Shown here one piece after another: positions 9,894-20,442 of a stretch of DNA of 64,000 bases; within the stretch, counting starts at the first letter, position 1; the number at the start of each line of letters is the position of its first letter. The notes below the pieces were generated by a model. That model did no database searches. It saw nothing but the letters and a program-made list of their open reading frames with translations, and was not told the DNA's origin. The position numbers were made by a program, and so were the translations under genes. Source of the stretch: Clostridiales bacterium (GTDB lineage Bacteria; Bacillota; Clostridia; TANB77; CAG-508); assembly GCA_019419955.1 (NCBI GenBank), contig JAHZIB010000002.1, positions 23,825-87,824 of the forward strand, read 5' to 3'.

Positions 9894-10820
9894 CTAAATT
9901 TCTATTAATATACTACCTATATTAAGTCCACCACCATAACCAGCTAGTACAATACTATCATTTTCTTTAATCAATCCTTTGGCAAAAATTTCATTCAAAG
10001 CTATTGGCACACTTGCATTAAACGTATTTCCTACACCGTTTATATTTATGTACATTTGCTCTTTCGTAGCACCAATTTTTTTGCATATATTCTCTAGTAT
10101 TCTAAAATTAGACTGATGAGGAATTATATATTTTACATCTGATATTTTTAAATTACCTTTTTTCAATAATCTATTAATATTGTTTGACACCATTGTAGTC
10201 GCAAACTTATATACTTTTTTCCCCTCCATATATAACTCTTCATTCTCTCTACAAGTTAAAATATCACCATCTTGCCCAATGCTTTCAATATTATATAAAT
10301 ATTTCTTATTTTTTGCCTTCGTAATCAAAGTAGCTCCAGCCCCATCTCCTAAAAGAATTGATGTATTCACATCTTCCTGATTAATACTTTTAGAAATAGT
10401 TTCAACACCTATTACTAAAGCATATTTTACTTCTTCAAGCTCCAAATACTTTTTTGCAATATCTAGTGCATTAATATATCCACTACATCCTGCCAAAAGA
10501 TTTATGCAAATACACTCTGGTATATTAAACTCCTTCTGTATTTCAAAAGCAACTCCTGGCATTGCATCATCAAACTTTGTCGAAGCGACAATAATCAATC
10601 CAACTTCTTTTATATCTATATTACTCTTCTCATTTAAATCTCTTGTGGCATTAATAGCTAAATCTGTGGCACTTTCATTTTTTACCCAAAACCTTTTCTT
10701 AATCCCTGTCCTTTGCTCAATCCATTCTTTACTTAATCTAAATTTATGATTAAAATATTCATTTGTAAGTTCGTTTTTAGGCAAATACATACCAGTTGCT
10801 AATATTTTTATTGAATTCAT
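9894..10820 (-). CDS. fabH: 3-oxoacyl-ACP synthase III
   Basis: Cys-His-Asn triad context (AGCSGY, HQSNFRI, GNTFNASVPIAL); first gene of the cluster. Confidence 0.85.
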   Translation of the reverse strand: MNSIKILATGMYLPKNELTNEYFNHKFRLSKEWIEQRTGIKKRFWVKNESATDLAINATRDLNEKSNIDIKEVGLIIVASTKFDDAMPGVAFEIQKEFNIPECICINLLAGCSGYINALDIAKKYLELEEVKYALVIGVETISKSINQEDVNTSILLGDGAGATLITKAKNKKYLYNIESIGQDGDILTCRENEELYMEGKKVYKFATTMVSNNINRLLKKGNLKISDVKYIIPHQSNFRILENICKKIGATKEQMYININGVGNTFNASVPIALNEIFAKGLIKENDSIVLAGYGGGLNIGSILIEI

Positions 10821-11014
10821 ATGTGTTCCCCTCTGCTAAAAATTCCGTTTGATATTATATCATATATGTAAAATTTTTTCATCTTTTTTTACTAATCGGT
10901 CAGATTTTTTTCAATTCACAGCATACGCGAAAATATATGTTTCGTCCAGCCTTCTCCTAGAGTATTTCGTTAATGCTAACTGTTTCATTTAATACTCACC
11001 TCTGCATACAAAAA

Positions 11015-11050
11015 ATACAGTATGATATTTTTTTATTTTACACACTGTAT
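11015..11050 (-). terminator. Rho-independent terminator downstream of rimO
   Basis: Stem ATACAGTATG / CACACTGTAT, followed on the minus strand by a T-run. Confidence 0.6.
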
Positions 11051-11124
11051 TCTTTCCCCTTCCAAATAGAAATTACTTTCTGCCTATACTTTATCATATA
11101 TTTACATTATCCTCAACAAATTCA

Positions 11125-12549
11125 TTAAAATTCACATATTAAATCATAGTCACTAACCTTAACCACTATAGCTCGAATAAATTCTCCCACTTGTACAAGG
11201 CCTGCTTCTTCTATTTGACCGTTTGATATATTATTCTCTTTAACTTTTTTTGTTCGCAAATACACTATACCATCAATCTCTGGAACATCAAAGCTGGTTC
11301 TCCCAATATATACTTTATTATCAAATGTTGCATTTTCAATAAGAATCTCTACTTCTTTTCCTATTTTATCTCTTAAATTTTTCTTTGATATTTCTTGTTG
11401 TAATTTCATAATTTTATTGTATCTACTTTTCTTTGTCATTGGATGTACTTGTTCTTTAATTCTAGCTGCTGGTGTTCCATCTTCTTTTGAATAAGCAAAA
11501 CATCCCAATTTATCAAATTTAGCTTCTTTTAAAAATTCGTATAATTCGTTAAATTCCTCTTCTGTCTCTCCTGGAAAACCAACCATTACTGTAGTTCTAA
11601 TAACTACTTCTGGAATTTCTTCTCTTAGTTTTCTTATTAATTCTCTTATTGAACTGCTATCACTTTGTCTATTCATTCTTTTCAATACTGTATTAGAAAT
11701 ATGTTGTATTGGAATATCAAAGTATTTACATATTTTTTCATTTTCTTTTACAACTTTTATTAATTCGTCATCTATTGTCTCTGGATACGCATACAAAAAC
11801 CTAATCCAGTGAAGTTGCTCTATCTTACATAATTCTTGTAGCAATTGAGCTAACATTGTTTTTCCATAGATGTCTAATCCATATTTAGTTGTATCTTGAG
11901 CAATTAAAATTAACTCTTTGTATCCATCACTTGCTAATTTTTTTGCCTCTCTTATTATATCTTCCATTTTTCTACTTATTTGTGAACCTCTTATATATGG
12001 AATTGCGCAATATGTACATCTATTGCTACAGCCGTCTGCAATTTTTAGGTATGCAAAATTATTTCCAGTTGAAACAACTCTTTCCTCAATTGTATCAAAT
12101 TCACTATATTTTTCCATATTTGTCACTTTGCAAGCTGTATGGCTTTTATTTTCTTCATCTATATTGTACTTTCCAGAATTGTTTGCCGCTTCACACTTTG
12201 AGCCTAATGGCTCTGTAATCTGCTCCCACAAAGTATTATATTCGCTATATTTTACAAACAAATCAACCTCAGGAAGAGCTTTTATTAATTCCTCTTTGTA
12301 TCTTTCTACTAAACACCCTAAGACAATTAGATATTTACATTTCTGTTTTTTATACTCTGCCATCTCAAGAATTGTATTTATTGCTTCTTCTTTTGCAGAT
12401 TCGATAAATCCACAAGTATTTATAACAATAATTTCCGCTTCTTCTGGTCTACTCACTATCTGATATTTTTCCGCTTTAAAAATTCCTATTATCTTTTCTG
12501 TATCTACTAAATTTTTACTACATCCTAATGATACGAATCCTACTTTCAT
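11125..12549 (-). CDS. rimO: Ribosomal protein S12 methylthiotransferase RimO (MiaB-family radical SAM)
   Basis: MKVGFVSLGCSKNLVD N-terminal MTTase domain, CSNRCTYCAIP radical-SAM cluster, C-terminal TRAM-like domain. Start placed at the ATG preceded by AAAGGA; the ORF track start is 12588. Confidence 0.85.
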   Translation of the reverse strand: MKVGFVSLGCSKNLVDTEKIIGIFKAEKYQIVSRPEEAEIIVINTCGFIESAKEEAINTILEMAEYKKQKCKYLIVLGCLVERYKEELIKALPEVDLFVKYSEYNTLWEQITEPLGSKCEAANNSGKYNIDEENKSHTACKVTNMEKYSEFDTIEERVVSTGNNFAYLKIADGCSNRCTYCAIPYIRGSQISRKMEDIIREAKKLASDGYKELILIAQDTTKYGLDIYGKTMLAQLLQELCKIEQLHWIRFLYAYPETIDDELIKVVKENEKICKYFDIPIQHISNTVLKRMNRQSDSSSIRELIRKLREEIPEVVIRTTVMVGFPGETEEEFNELYEFLKEAKFDKLGCFAYSKEDGTPAARIKEQVHPMTKKSRYNKIMKLQQEISKKNLRDKIGKEVEILIENATFDNKVYIGRTSFDVPEIDGIVYLRTKKVKENNISNGQIEEAGLVQVGEFIRAIVVKVSDYDLICEF

Positions 12550-12668
12550 TTCTACTATCCTTTCATATATGTTATATTCTCTTTTCATGTCTATGTATAA
12601 TTGAAAATTATATAGAGACTGACCTTATTATGCCTAAAATTTCAGGTGCACAAAAAATAGAAGTGTCC

Positions 12669-13928
12669 CTAATTCGTAAATTGCTTATTCAGTTTATTTA
12701 ATGCATTTACTAATTTATCATAAGTTTCCTTTGATATTTCGTTTGTATTTTCTAATGAATATGAAGTTACAGTTCCTTTCAAATCAATTAATTCAAACCT
12801 ATTCTGAGCATTCTCTCCATTATCTAACATATATATTGGTGTATAGTTGACTTTATTTAATGTAACTTTTCCATCAATGCCACTTTTCCTTAGCTCAATG
12901 TTTAAAACGAGCTCTGTTCTAGCATCTTCTGATGATAGTGTTGATATATATGTTCCTATTGAATATGCTATAAATACATTGTCTCCATTTTCATTTTTCC
13001 TTATTTCCATTGGCTGTACTACTGATGGATGTGAGCCTAATATCAAGTCTACTCCATTTTCCACTAAAAAGTCTGCCACTTCTTTTTGCTCGCTATTTAC
13101 TTTTTCTGTAATTGCATCTCCCCAATGTATTGCAACGCATATGTATTCTGCTCCATTTTCCTTTGCATATTTTAAGTCTTTTAATACTCTTTCCTCACTA
13201 TACATATTTACACACTTCAATTCATCCTCACTTTTTCCTTGCTCATTATCCATTAAACAAGTATATGTAAGAAATGCAATTTTTGCATTTTTCACTTGCT
13301 TTATTTCCACAGAATTTGCAGTTTCTATCTGGCTTCCTATTACTGAATATCCTAATTCTTTCATATTAGCTTGAGTTTCAGCTAGCCCGTCTACTCCATT
13401 GTCCAAGCTATGATTATGAGCAATTGTAACCAAATTTACCCCTGAATCCTTTACTGCTTGTGCAAATTCAATAGGAGCATTTTTACTGTCATATTCTTTG
13501 CTATCTGTAACTCCTGTTTCCATTGTTCCTAAAACAATATCTGCTTCATTTATAAATCCAGATACTCCTTCAAACATATGTGAAAAATTATATGATTTAG
13601 TTTGCTCATTATATGCATCATCAAGCATCTCCTGACTACACAATATATCACCAACAGCAGACATCTTTATTAAAACATCTGACTCTGATATGTTTTGATT
13701 TGTTTGATTTATATTGTCAGTAATTTGAGAAAAAATTTCTTCTGACTGTTGCCTTATTTCCTCTTGCTGTTTTGCAATCTCTTTTATGTCAAAATACAGT
13801 CTAGTTCCGTTTATTCCAATGCTAATTATAATAATTGCAACCAGAATTCCTACAATTATCAAAAATGTTTTCATATTCAAATATTCTCTAATACTTTTTC
13901 GTCTTGTGTTTCTTCTATTTCTTGCCAT
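12669..13928 (-). CDS. CapA/PgsA-family metallophosphoesterase-like membrane-anchored protein
   Basis: N-terminal TM helix, then a CapA-like domain (MSAVGDIL..., TIAHNHSLDNG, LILGSHPSVVQP). Confidence 0.7.
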   Translation of the reverse strand: MARNRRNTRRKSIREYLNMKTFLIIVGILVAIIIISIGINGTRLYFDIKEIAKQQEEIRQQSEEIFSQITDNINQTNQNISESDVLIKMSAVGDILCSQEMLDDAYNEQTKSYNFSHMFEGVSGFINEADIVLGTMETGVTDSKEYDSKNAPIEFAQAVKDSGVNLVTIAHNHSLDNGVDGLAETQANMKELGYSVIGSQIETANSVEIKQVKNAKIAFLTYTCLMDNEQGKSEDELKCVNMYSEERVLKDLKYAKENGAEYICVAIHWGDAITEKVNSEQKEVADFLVENGVDLILGSHPSVVQPMEIRKNENGDNVFIAYSIGTYISTLSSEDARTELVLNIELRKSGIDGKVTLNKVNYTPIYMLDNGENAQNRFELIDLKGTVTSYSLENTNEISKETYDKLVNALNKLNKQFTN

Positions 13929-13989
13929 TTTTCCTCATTCCTTTATAATATTAATTTTTGCCAATCATTCTCTTCTACTTCACTTAATT

Positions 13990-14120
13990 GGAAAAAAAGT
14001 TGCTTCGCCTTTTGTAGCATTTCTCTTCGCGAATATGCACAGCCCAAGGAAGCTTAAGCTTGTTGCATACGAAAAAATCGTTATAAGTACTGAAATATAA
14101 AACAAAAAACCGATTTTTCC
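13990..14120 (+). repeat. Degenerate repeat copy R8 carrying the GC-rich module
   Basis: CCAAGGAAGCTTAAGCTTGTTGC (14044-14066) is 20/23 identical to 28883-28905 in R6. Followed by a GAAAAAATCG ... CGATTTTTC hairpin containing AGTAC. Confidence 0.5.
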
Positions 14121-14236
14121 TATACAATTAAAAAAGAATTGATTTTGATCAAGTGAGCAAACAAGAAACTCTTAAGCATATGTATTTGCTCACTAAAAAA
14201 CTTTGAAATTCCACTCAACAGCCCTAAAAATAATTA

Positions 14237-16651
14237 TTACTTTCTAAGTGTTGCACCTAATTTCTTATCCAATATCTCAATTATTTTTTCCAAACTATCA
14301 TTTATCTCTTCATCCGTCAAAGTCCTATCCATTTTTTCAAATGTTAGAGAATATGCTATGCTCTTTTTGTTCTCTTCAATTCCCTTACCTGTATATACGT
14401 CAAATACTTCTATATTGCTTAAATTTGAACCTGCTGCTTTCTTTATCCATATTCCAATTTGTTCTGATGTTACATCCTTGTCTACTACAACAGCCAAATC
14501 TTTCTTTATACTTGGGAATTTAGAAAATTCTTTGTATTTCATCTTTCCAACTTTTTTATTTAATAATTTATCTAGGTCAATTTCAAATACAAAAACATTA
14601 TCATTCTCTAGTGTAGGATGAACTCTGCCTATTATCCCTACAATATCATTATTTACTGAAATTAATGCAGCTTGCCCTGGGTGTACTTCTTCTGGCATTT
14701 TATCTTCTTTTATTATTAAACTGTATCTGTTTGCATATCCTAAATAGTCAAGCAATTCTTCTACCAAACCTTTTAAAATATAGAAATCTGCCTGCCTCTT
14801 ATCATCAACACCTAAATAAAAATTCCCTGCTATAAGAGCTGCAACTTTGCTATTTTCTCCATATTCTTCGCCTTGTTTATAAAATGTTTTTCCTATTTCA
14901 AATATAGATATATCTTTATTGTTTCTTGACTTGTTATATTCATATACTTTTAAAAGCGAAGGAAGAATACTATGCCTTAAAGTATTTCTTTCTTCAGTCA
15001 TTGGGTCTGATAATCTAACAATTTCGGTATCATCCTTTGTAAAATATTTCGCCTCTTTGTCATTTACTAAAATATATGTTAAAGTCTCATTTAATCCTAA
15101 ATCAACAAGCTTGTTTCTAATTCCTCTATTTACCCTATCATAGTTACCCGCCTTCATAGGCATTTCTGGAAGTTTCCCTATAATGTTATTTACTCCATAA
15201 ATACGTCCCACTTCTTCTATTAAATCCTCTTTAATAGAAATGTCTCCTCTTCTTCTAGGTACTGATACAACAATATTCTCTACATTTTTCATATTCTCTT
15301 CTGTTTCAGTAAAATCACTTTTATTTCCATTTATTAATACATCGAATCCTAGTCTTCTAAATACATCTAATACGTCTTTTTTTAGAATTTCCATTCCTAA
15401 TACATCATTAATTTTTTGAAAAGCAATCTCAATATTTCTGTTTGCTCTGTCAGATTTATCAAATTTAGCTATTCCGCCAACCACTTCTCCTTCTGCATAC
15501 TCTTCTAAAAGTTTACATGCTCTTTCTATTGCCATATATGTTCTGTTTGGGTCAAGTCCTTTTTCAAATCTTGTACTAGCTTCACTTCTTAATATTTGTT
15601 TCGATGTTTTTCTAATTTTTACCCCATCAAATATTGCAGATTCAATCAAAACATTTTTTGTATTATCAGTAATTTCTGTGTCTAAACCTCCCATAACACC
15701 GGCCAACCCAATTGCTCTTTCTCCATCAGAAATAACTATATCCTCATCAGACAAAGTCCTCTCTTTTCCATCTAAAGTAAATAACCTTTCTCCTTGGCTT
15801 GCCATTCTCACTTCAATCTTCCCTTTTAATGTATCAGCATCATAAAAGTGAAGTGGCTGGCCTGTCTCTAGCATCACATAATTGCTAATATCAACCACAT
15901 TATTAATAGGTCTAATTCCAGATGCAATAAGTCTACTTTTTATAAATGTTGGACTTTCCTTAATCTTTATATTTTTTACCTTTTTTGCCAAGAAAATTGA
16001 ACAATTCTCTGTATTAACTTCAATTTTAAAATCATTACTTATATCTTCTTCGTTTTCTCCATGTGTCAAATCAATATCCCTTACTCTTTTATCATAAATT
16101 GCCCCAATTTCATAAGCCATTCCAAGAATGCTAAGCAAATCTCCCCTGTTAGCAGTTAAATCAAAATCAATTACCTCGTCATCCATCCCCATGTATTTTA
16201 TTGGGTCTTCGCCAACTGGTGCATCTAAAGGCAATTCATGTATTCCAGTTTTATCAATTTCATCAGCATACTTATGCTCTAATCCCAACTCTAACATAGA
16301 ACAAAGCATCCCATTTGACTCTTGCCCTCTAATAATCCCTTTTTTTATTATTCCTCCTGGTAGCTCAGCACCATCTAGAGCAACAATAACCTTTAATCCT
16401 TTTCTAACATTTGGTGCTCCACAAACAATATTTAAAATTTCATTTCTCACATTCACTTTACATATGTGTAAATGGTCAGAGTCTGGATGTTCCTCACACT
16501 CTATCACTTCTCCAATAACCAATTTAGTAGCATTTAATAGCTTTCCCGCTTCATCATACTCATTACCTACGTTTGTCATGTCTTCTGCAAGTTTTTTAAC
16601 ATCTACATCTATATCCACATAGTCTTTCACAAAATTTGTACTCAATTTCAT
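14237..16651 (-). CDS. pheT: Phenylalanine-tRNA ligase beta subunit
   Basis: 804 aa; N-terminal tRNA-binding domain, B3/4 and B5 domains, FDX-ACB C-terminus. Lies downstream of pheS. Confidence 0.95.
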   Translation of the reverse strand: MKLSTNFVKDYVDIDVDVKKLAEDMTNVGNEYDEAGKLLNATKLVIGEVIECEEHPDSDHLHICKVNVRNEILNIVCGAPNVRKGLKVIVALDGAELPGGIIKKGIIRGQESNGMLCSMLELGLEHKYADEIDKTGIHELPLDAPVGEDPIKYMGMDDEVIDFDLTANRGDLLSILGMAYEIGAIYDKRVRDIDLTHGENEEDISNDFKIEVNTENCSIFLAKKVKNIKIKESPTFIKSRLIASGIRPINNVVDISNYVMLETGQPLHFYDADTLKGKIEVRMASQGERLFTLDGKERTLSDEDIVISDGERAIGLAGVMGGLDTEITDNTKNVLIESAIFDGVKIRKTSKQILRSEASTRFEKGLDPNRTYMAIERACKLLEEYAEGEVVGGIAKFDKSDRANRNIEIAFQKINDVLGMEILKKDVLDVFRRLGFDVLINGNKSDFTETEENMKNVENIVVSVPRRRGDISIKEDLIEEVGRIYGVNNIIGKLPEMPMKAGNYDRVNRGIRNKLVDLGLNETLTYILVNDKEAKYFTKDDTEIVRLSDPMTEERNTLRHSILPSLLKVYEYNKSRNNKDISIFEIGKTFYKQGEEYGENSKVAALIAGNFYLGVDDKRQADFYILKGLVEELLDYLGYANRYSLIIKEDKMPEEVHPGQAALISVNNDIVGIIGRVHPTLENDNVFVFEIDLDKLLNKKVGKMKYKEFSKFPSIKKDLAVVVDKDVTSEQIGIWIKKAAGSNLSNIEVFDVYTGKGIEENKKSIAYSLTFEKMDRTLTDEEINDSLEKIIEILDKKLGATLRK

Positions 16652-16689
16652 TTTTAATCACATTCCTTTCTAAAGGCACAAATCTGGTT

Positions 16690-16805
16690 GGAAAAGAATT
16701 AAATTTTGAGCAGTCAAAACGAGTCTGAAATTTATGAGGCGTACTTTTTGTACGTTGATTAAATTTCAAATGAAGTTTGTTAGCCACCAATTGTAATTCT
16801 TTTTA
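16690..16805 (+). repeat. Structured intergenic repeat, copy R3 (between pheS and pheT)
   Basis: Core GAAATTTATGAGGCGTACTTTTTGTACGTTGATTAAATTTCAAATGAAGTTTG, near-identical to copy R7 at 37802-37853. Confidence 0.8.
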
Positions 16806-16988
16806 AACCTTACTTACCTTCTTTCTTTTTGGGTTACTAGATAATGCTGCTTCAAAACTATATGCTCTTTGAAACAAGCATCCTCATTCCCATGTAACCT
16901 TTACTTAATTTATTATCCAATACTTAAACCTATTTCTAAGTAATTACTATAAGTTTATTAGATATTACTTGCTTATAATTTAAAACTC

Positions 16989-18026
16989 TTATCTATCTAA
17001 CCTATCAAACTGACTTAAAAACCTTATATCATTTTGATATAGCAACCTAATATCTGTAATTCCATACTTGAACATTGCCAATCTGTCCAAACCAGTTCCG
17101 AAAGCAAAACCACCGTAAACCTCTGGGTCATATCCATTCATTTCAAGGACATTTGGATGTACCATTCCAGAACCCAAAACTTCAATCCAGCCAGTTTGCT
17201 TACATAGATTGCAACCCTTTCCTCCACATTTAAAACAGCTTACATCAACCTCATAAGATGGCTCTGTAAATGGGAAATAACTTGGTCTAAAACGAAGTTC
17301 TAGATTCTCTCCAAGCATTTTTCTAACAAACACTTCTAATGTTCCCTTTAAATCTGCTAGTGAAATATTTTTATCTATCAAAAGTCCCTCAACCTGACTA
17401 AATTGATGAGAATGTGTTGCATCATCATCTCTCCTATATGTTTTTCCTGGGCAAATAATTCTAATAGGAGTTTTTTCCTTGTTATCCATCATTGCTCTTG
17501 CTTGAACTGCAGATGTTTGCGTTCTTAAAAGATATTCAGATGTAATATAGAAACTATCTTGCATATCCCTTGCTGGATGACCTTTTGGAAGATTTAACCT
17601 CTCAAAACAATATTCATCTGTTTCAAGCTCTGGACCTGTTACAACATCATACCCCATAGAAACAAATAAATCTTCTACTTCTTCTATAATTCTATTTAGA
17701 GGATGTTTGCTTCCCCTTTTTACTTTTGTGCTAGGAAGAGTAATATCTATTCTTTCATCTTTTAATTTTCTTTCAAGTTCTATCTTCTCAAACTCGTTCT
17801 CTCTAGTCTTAATCAAATGCTCAATCTCGTTCCTTGCCTCATTAACCTTACTACCAATAACTGGTCTCTCCTCTGCACTTAAACTACCCATTCCTCTTAA
17901 GATGGCAGTAAGTTCCCCTTTCTTGCCTAAATATTTAACTCTTAACTCTTCCAATTCTTTTGCATTAATAGCTTTTTCAATTTGTTCAACAGCTATCTCT
18001 CTAATTTTGCTAATCTGCTCTTGCAT
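16989..18026 (-). CDS. pheS: Phenylalanine-tRNA ligase alpha subunit
   Basis: Class II aaRS motifs ([36 protein letters not shown]). Confidence 0.95.
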   Translation of the reverse strand: MQEQISKIREIAVEQIEKAINAKELEELRVKYLGKKGELTAILRGMGSLSAEERPVIGSKVNEARNEIEHLIKTRENEFEKIELERKLKDERIDITLPSTKVKRGSKHPLNRIIEEVEDLFVSMGYDVVTGPELETDEYCFERLNLPKGHPARDMQDSFYITSEYLLRTQTSAVQARAMMDNKEKTPIRIICPGKTYRRDDDATHSHQFSQVEGLLIDKNISLADLKGTLEVFVRKMLGENLELRFRPSYFPFTEPSYEVDVSCFKCGGKGCNLCKQTGWIEVLGSGMVHPNVLEMNGYDPEVYGGFAFGTGLDRLAMFKYGITDIRLLYQNDIRFLSQFDRLDR

Positions 18027-18137
18027 AATCTTCCTCCTTCATTATGGTAGTATCTATATTAGATAAAAAAAGTAATTAATTCCTATTATCTATTTCAATT
18101 TAATCCAAAATATACTCATACTACTTTTATCTATCTT

Positions 18138-18390
18138 TCAAAAAAAGCTAATCGTCCTATTTATATAGGACGATTAGCTTTAATATATCGTGGTACCACC
18201 TAATTTTATTAATTTTAATAATTAACCTCTTTTGCTGTAACGGGCTTCCCGTCTTTTCCTACTATAATTTCAAAAAAGAACCTCAAAAGTGAAATTTCAG
18301 TTTAATAAATATTAGTAAACTTCCAGCCTAGATTTACCTCTCTTAAAATATTTTTTCATTAAACTTACTTTGCTTTTTCAACGGTTTTAA
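18138..18390 (-). promoter_or_regulatory. T-box leader (Phe specifier) with terminator, upstream of pheS
   Basis: Minus strand shows AGAGAGG and GGCUGGAAG stem-I elements. GAAAUUUCAC contains a UUC Phe codon (18291-18293). T-box sequence AUUAGGUGGUACCACG lies at 18189-18200. Terminator AAGCTAATCGTCC/GGACGATTAGCTT (18145-18180) is followed by a U-run. Confidence 0.8.
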
Positions 18391-18604
18391 TTTTTTACAC
18401 ATTTATTATATCATAATTTTCACCAATTTCAAGTATCAACGTAAAATTTTTTCCTTAATTCTTTTTCTTTTTAAAAATTGTTACAAAATTTCCCTTGCAT
18501 ATATTTTCCATATATTGTAAAATATATGAGTAACTTTAGTTTACAAAGCTGTTAAGCGAAGTATAATTATTAATGAGCTTATCTAAAATGAAAGGATGTG
18601 TATT

Positions 18605-20329
18605 ATGAAATATAAAAGCAAATTATACAATGCTGATAAAATAAATGACTTTAGAGAATTGGTTAATAGGTATTCAAATTTATATGCAGACAAAGTTGCA
18701 TTTGAATACAAAGAAACACCTCAATCTAAAGAACATATAAAAATAACTTATGCACAATTTGTAAACGACATTAAAGCTCTTGGAACAGCTTTAATAAATC
18801 TTTGCTTGTCTAAGAAAAGAGTAGCAATCATTGCTCCTAATAGATATGAGTGGTGCGTCAGTTATCTAGCAATTACTACATCAGATATGGTTGTTGTTCC
18901 ATTGGATAGAGCTTTACCTGATAATGAAATTATTGATTTGCTCATAAGAAGTGAAGCCGAAGCTGTTTTCTTTGACAAAAAATATAAAGATGTTTTCTTA
19001 AAATTGAAAAATGAAAATTCTTCAAAATTGTCTCACTTCATTAGTATTGATGATTTAGAAAGTTTTTCTAGTTATTCTGAGCTTCTAAAAACAGGTAATA
19101 TAATGATTAGTCAAGGAGATACCTGTTACAATAATACTAAAATAAATAATGAGGAAATGTCAGTTATGCTTTTTACCTCTGGCACTACATCAATTTCGAA
19201 GGCAGTTGCTCTTTCTCAGTCAAACATATGTGAGGATATTTACTCCCTTGCTCAAATGACTGACATTAGAAAAGAAGATACCTTTTTATCTTTCTTGCCA
19301 TTACACCATACTTTTGAGTCAACCTGTACTTTTCTTTATGGCACTTTTTCTGGTATTACTGTTGCTTTTTGCGATGGTTTAAAATATGTGCAAAAAAACC
19401 TTGCTGAGTTTAAGGTTACTGGTTTTGTTTGTGTTCCGTTAATGCTTGAAATTATGTATAAAAAGATTAGAAAAGGTATTGAAGAACAAGGTAAAGCAAA
19501 GATAGTTAAAAATATGTCTAAGTTTTGCAATAGTTTACTAAAAATTAGAATTGATATTCGTAGAAAAGTTTTTAAACAAATTCTAGATAACTTAGGAGGT
19601 AAACTAAGGATTTTAATTGCTGGCGGTGCTGCAATGAGCAGAGAGGCTATTCAAGGATTTTTAGATTTGGGCATTAATCTTTTGCAAGGATATGGATTAA
19701 CAGAAACTTCTCCAGTTATTGCAGGAGAAAATGATAAGTTTAAGCGATGTGGTTCAGTTGGTTTTCCATTGCCCGGAATAAATGTAAAAATAGATAATCC
19801 TAATAAAGAAGGCATTGGAGAAATTGCTGTTCAATCTCCAACAGTTATGCTTGGATATGTAAACAATCCGGAAGCCACAAAAAATGTCTTTAAAGATAAT
19901 TGGTTTTATACTGGAGATTTAGGATATCTTGATAAAGACGGTTTCCTATTTATTACTGGTAGGAAAAAAGATGTTATAGTACTAAAAAATGGTAAAAATG
20001 TTTTTCCTGAGGAGTTGGAAATATTAATAAATAAATTACCCTATGTTTCTGAAAGTATAGTTTTTGGAAGACCTTTAGATGATGGAGATTATAAAATCTG
20101 TACTAAAATAGTATATAACTCTGAGACTGTTTCAAATATGTTTCCTAATATTTCTAATCAGGAATTATATAATAAGGTCTGGGAAGATATTAAGGAAAAT
20201 GTAAATCATAAAATGCCTGCGTATAAATATATTAGAGAATTACTACTCACAGAAACACCTCTAATAAAAACTACTACTCAAAAAGTAAAAAGGCATGAGG
20301 AATTAAAATTAATATTAGGAGAAAATTAA
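18605..20329 (+). CDS. AMP-dependent long-chain-fatty-acid-CoA ligase
   Basis: AMP-binding signature LFTSGTTSISKAV, YGLTETS, GDLGYLDKDGFLFITGRKKD. ATG at 18605 has better spacing to GAAAGGA than the track start 18596. Confidence 0.85.
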   Translation: MKYKSKLYNADKINDFRELVNRYSNLYADKVAFEYKETPQSKEHIKITYAQFVNDIKALGTALINLCLSKKRVAIIAPNRYEWCVSYLAITTSDMVVVPLDRALPDNEIIDLLIRSEAEAVFFDKKYKDVFLKLKNENSSKLSHFISIDDLESFSSYSELLKTGNIMISQGDTCYNNTKINNEEMSVMLFTSGTTSISKAVALSQSNICEDIYSLAQMTDIRKEDTFLSFLPLHHTFESTCTFLYGTFSGITVAFCDGLKYVQKNLAEFKVTGFVCVPLMLEIMYKKIRKGIEEQGKAKIVKNMSKFCNSLLKIRIDIRRKVFKQILDNLGGKLRILIAGGAAMSREAIQGFLDLGINLLQGYGLTETSPVIAGENDKFKRCGSVGFPLPGINVKIDNPNKEGIGEIAVQSPTVMLGYVNNPEATKNVFKDNWFYTGDLGYLDKDGFLFITGRKKDVIVLKNGKNVFPEELEILINKLPYVSESIVFGRPLDDGDYKICTKIVYNSETVSNMFPNISNQELYNKVWEDIKENVNHKMPAYKYIRELLLTETPLIKTTTQKVKRHEELKLILGEN

Positions 20330-20346
20330 TTTCAATAAGAACTATA

Positions 20347-20380
20347 AAGTGGACTGGTGTTTTTTACCAATCCACTTTTC
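20347..20380 (+). terminator. Terminator after the acyl-CoA ligase gene
   Basis: AAGTGGACTGG / CCAATCCACTT stem followed by a T-rich tract. Confidence 0.6.
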
Positions 20381-20442
20381 TTCTATTACATGAAAAATTT
20401 TAATTTGTTGTAATACAGTTATTTTACTCTTCTAGAGGCTCT

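Noticed and set aside
16690-16810. Extra long-range pairing in R3 between GGTTGGAAAAGAATTA and TAGCCACCAATTGTAATTCTTTT
   Set aside because: The two complementary blocks are in the wrong order for a nested helix, so the pairing would cross. With only one example it may be chance in AT-rich sequence.
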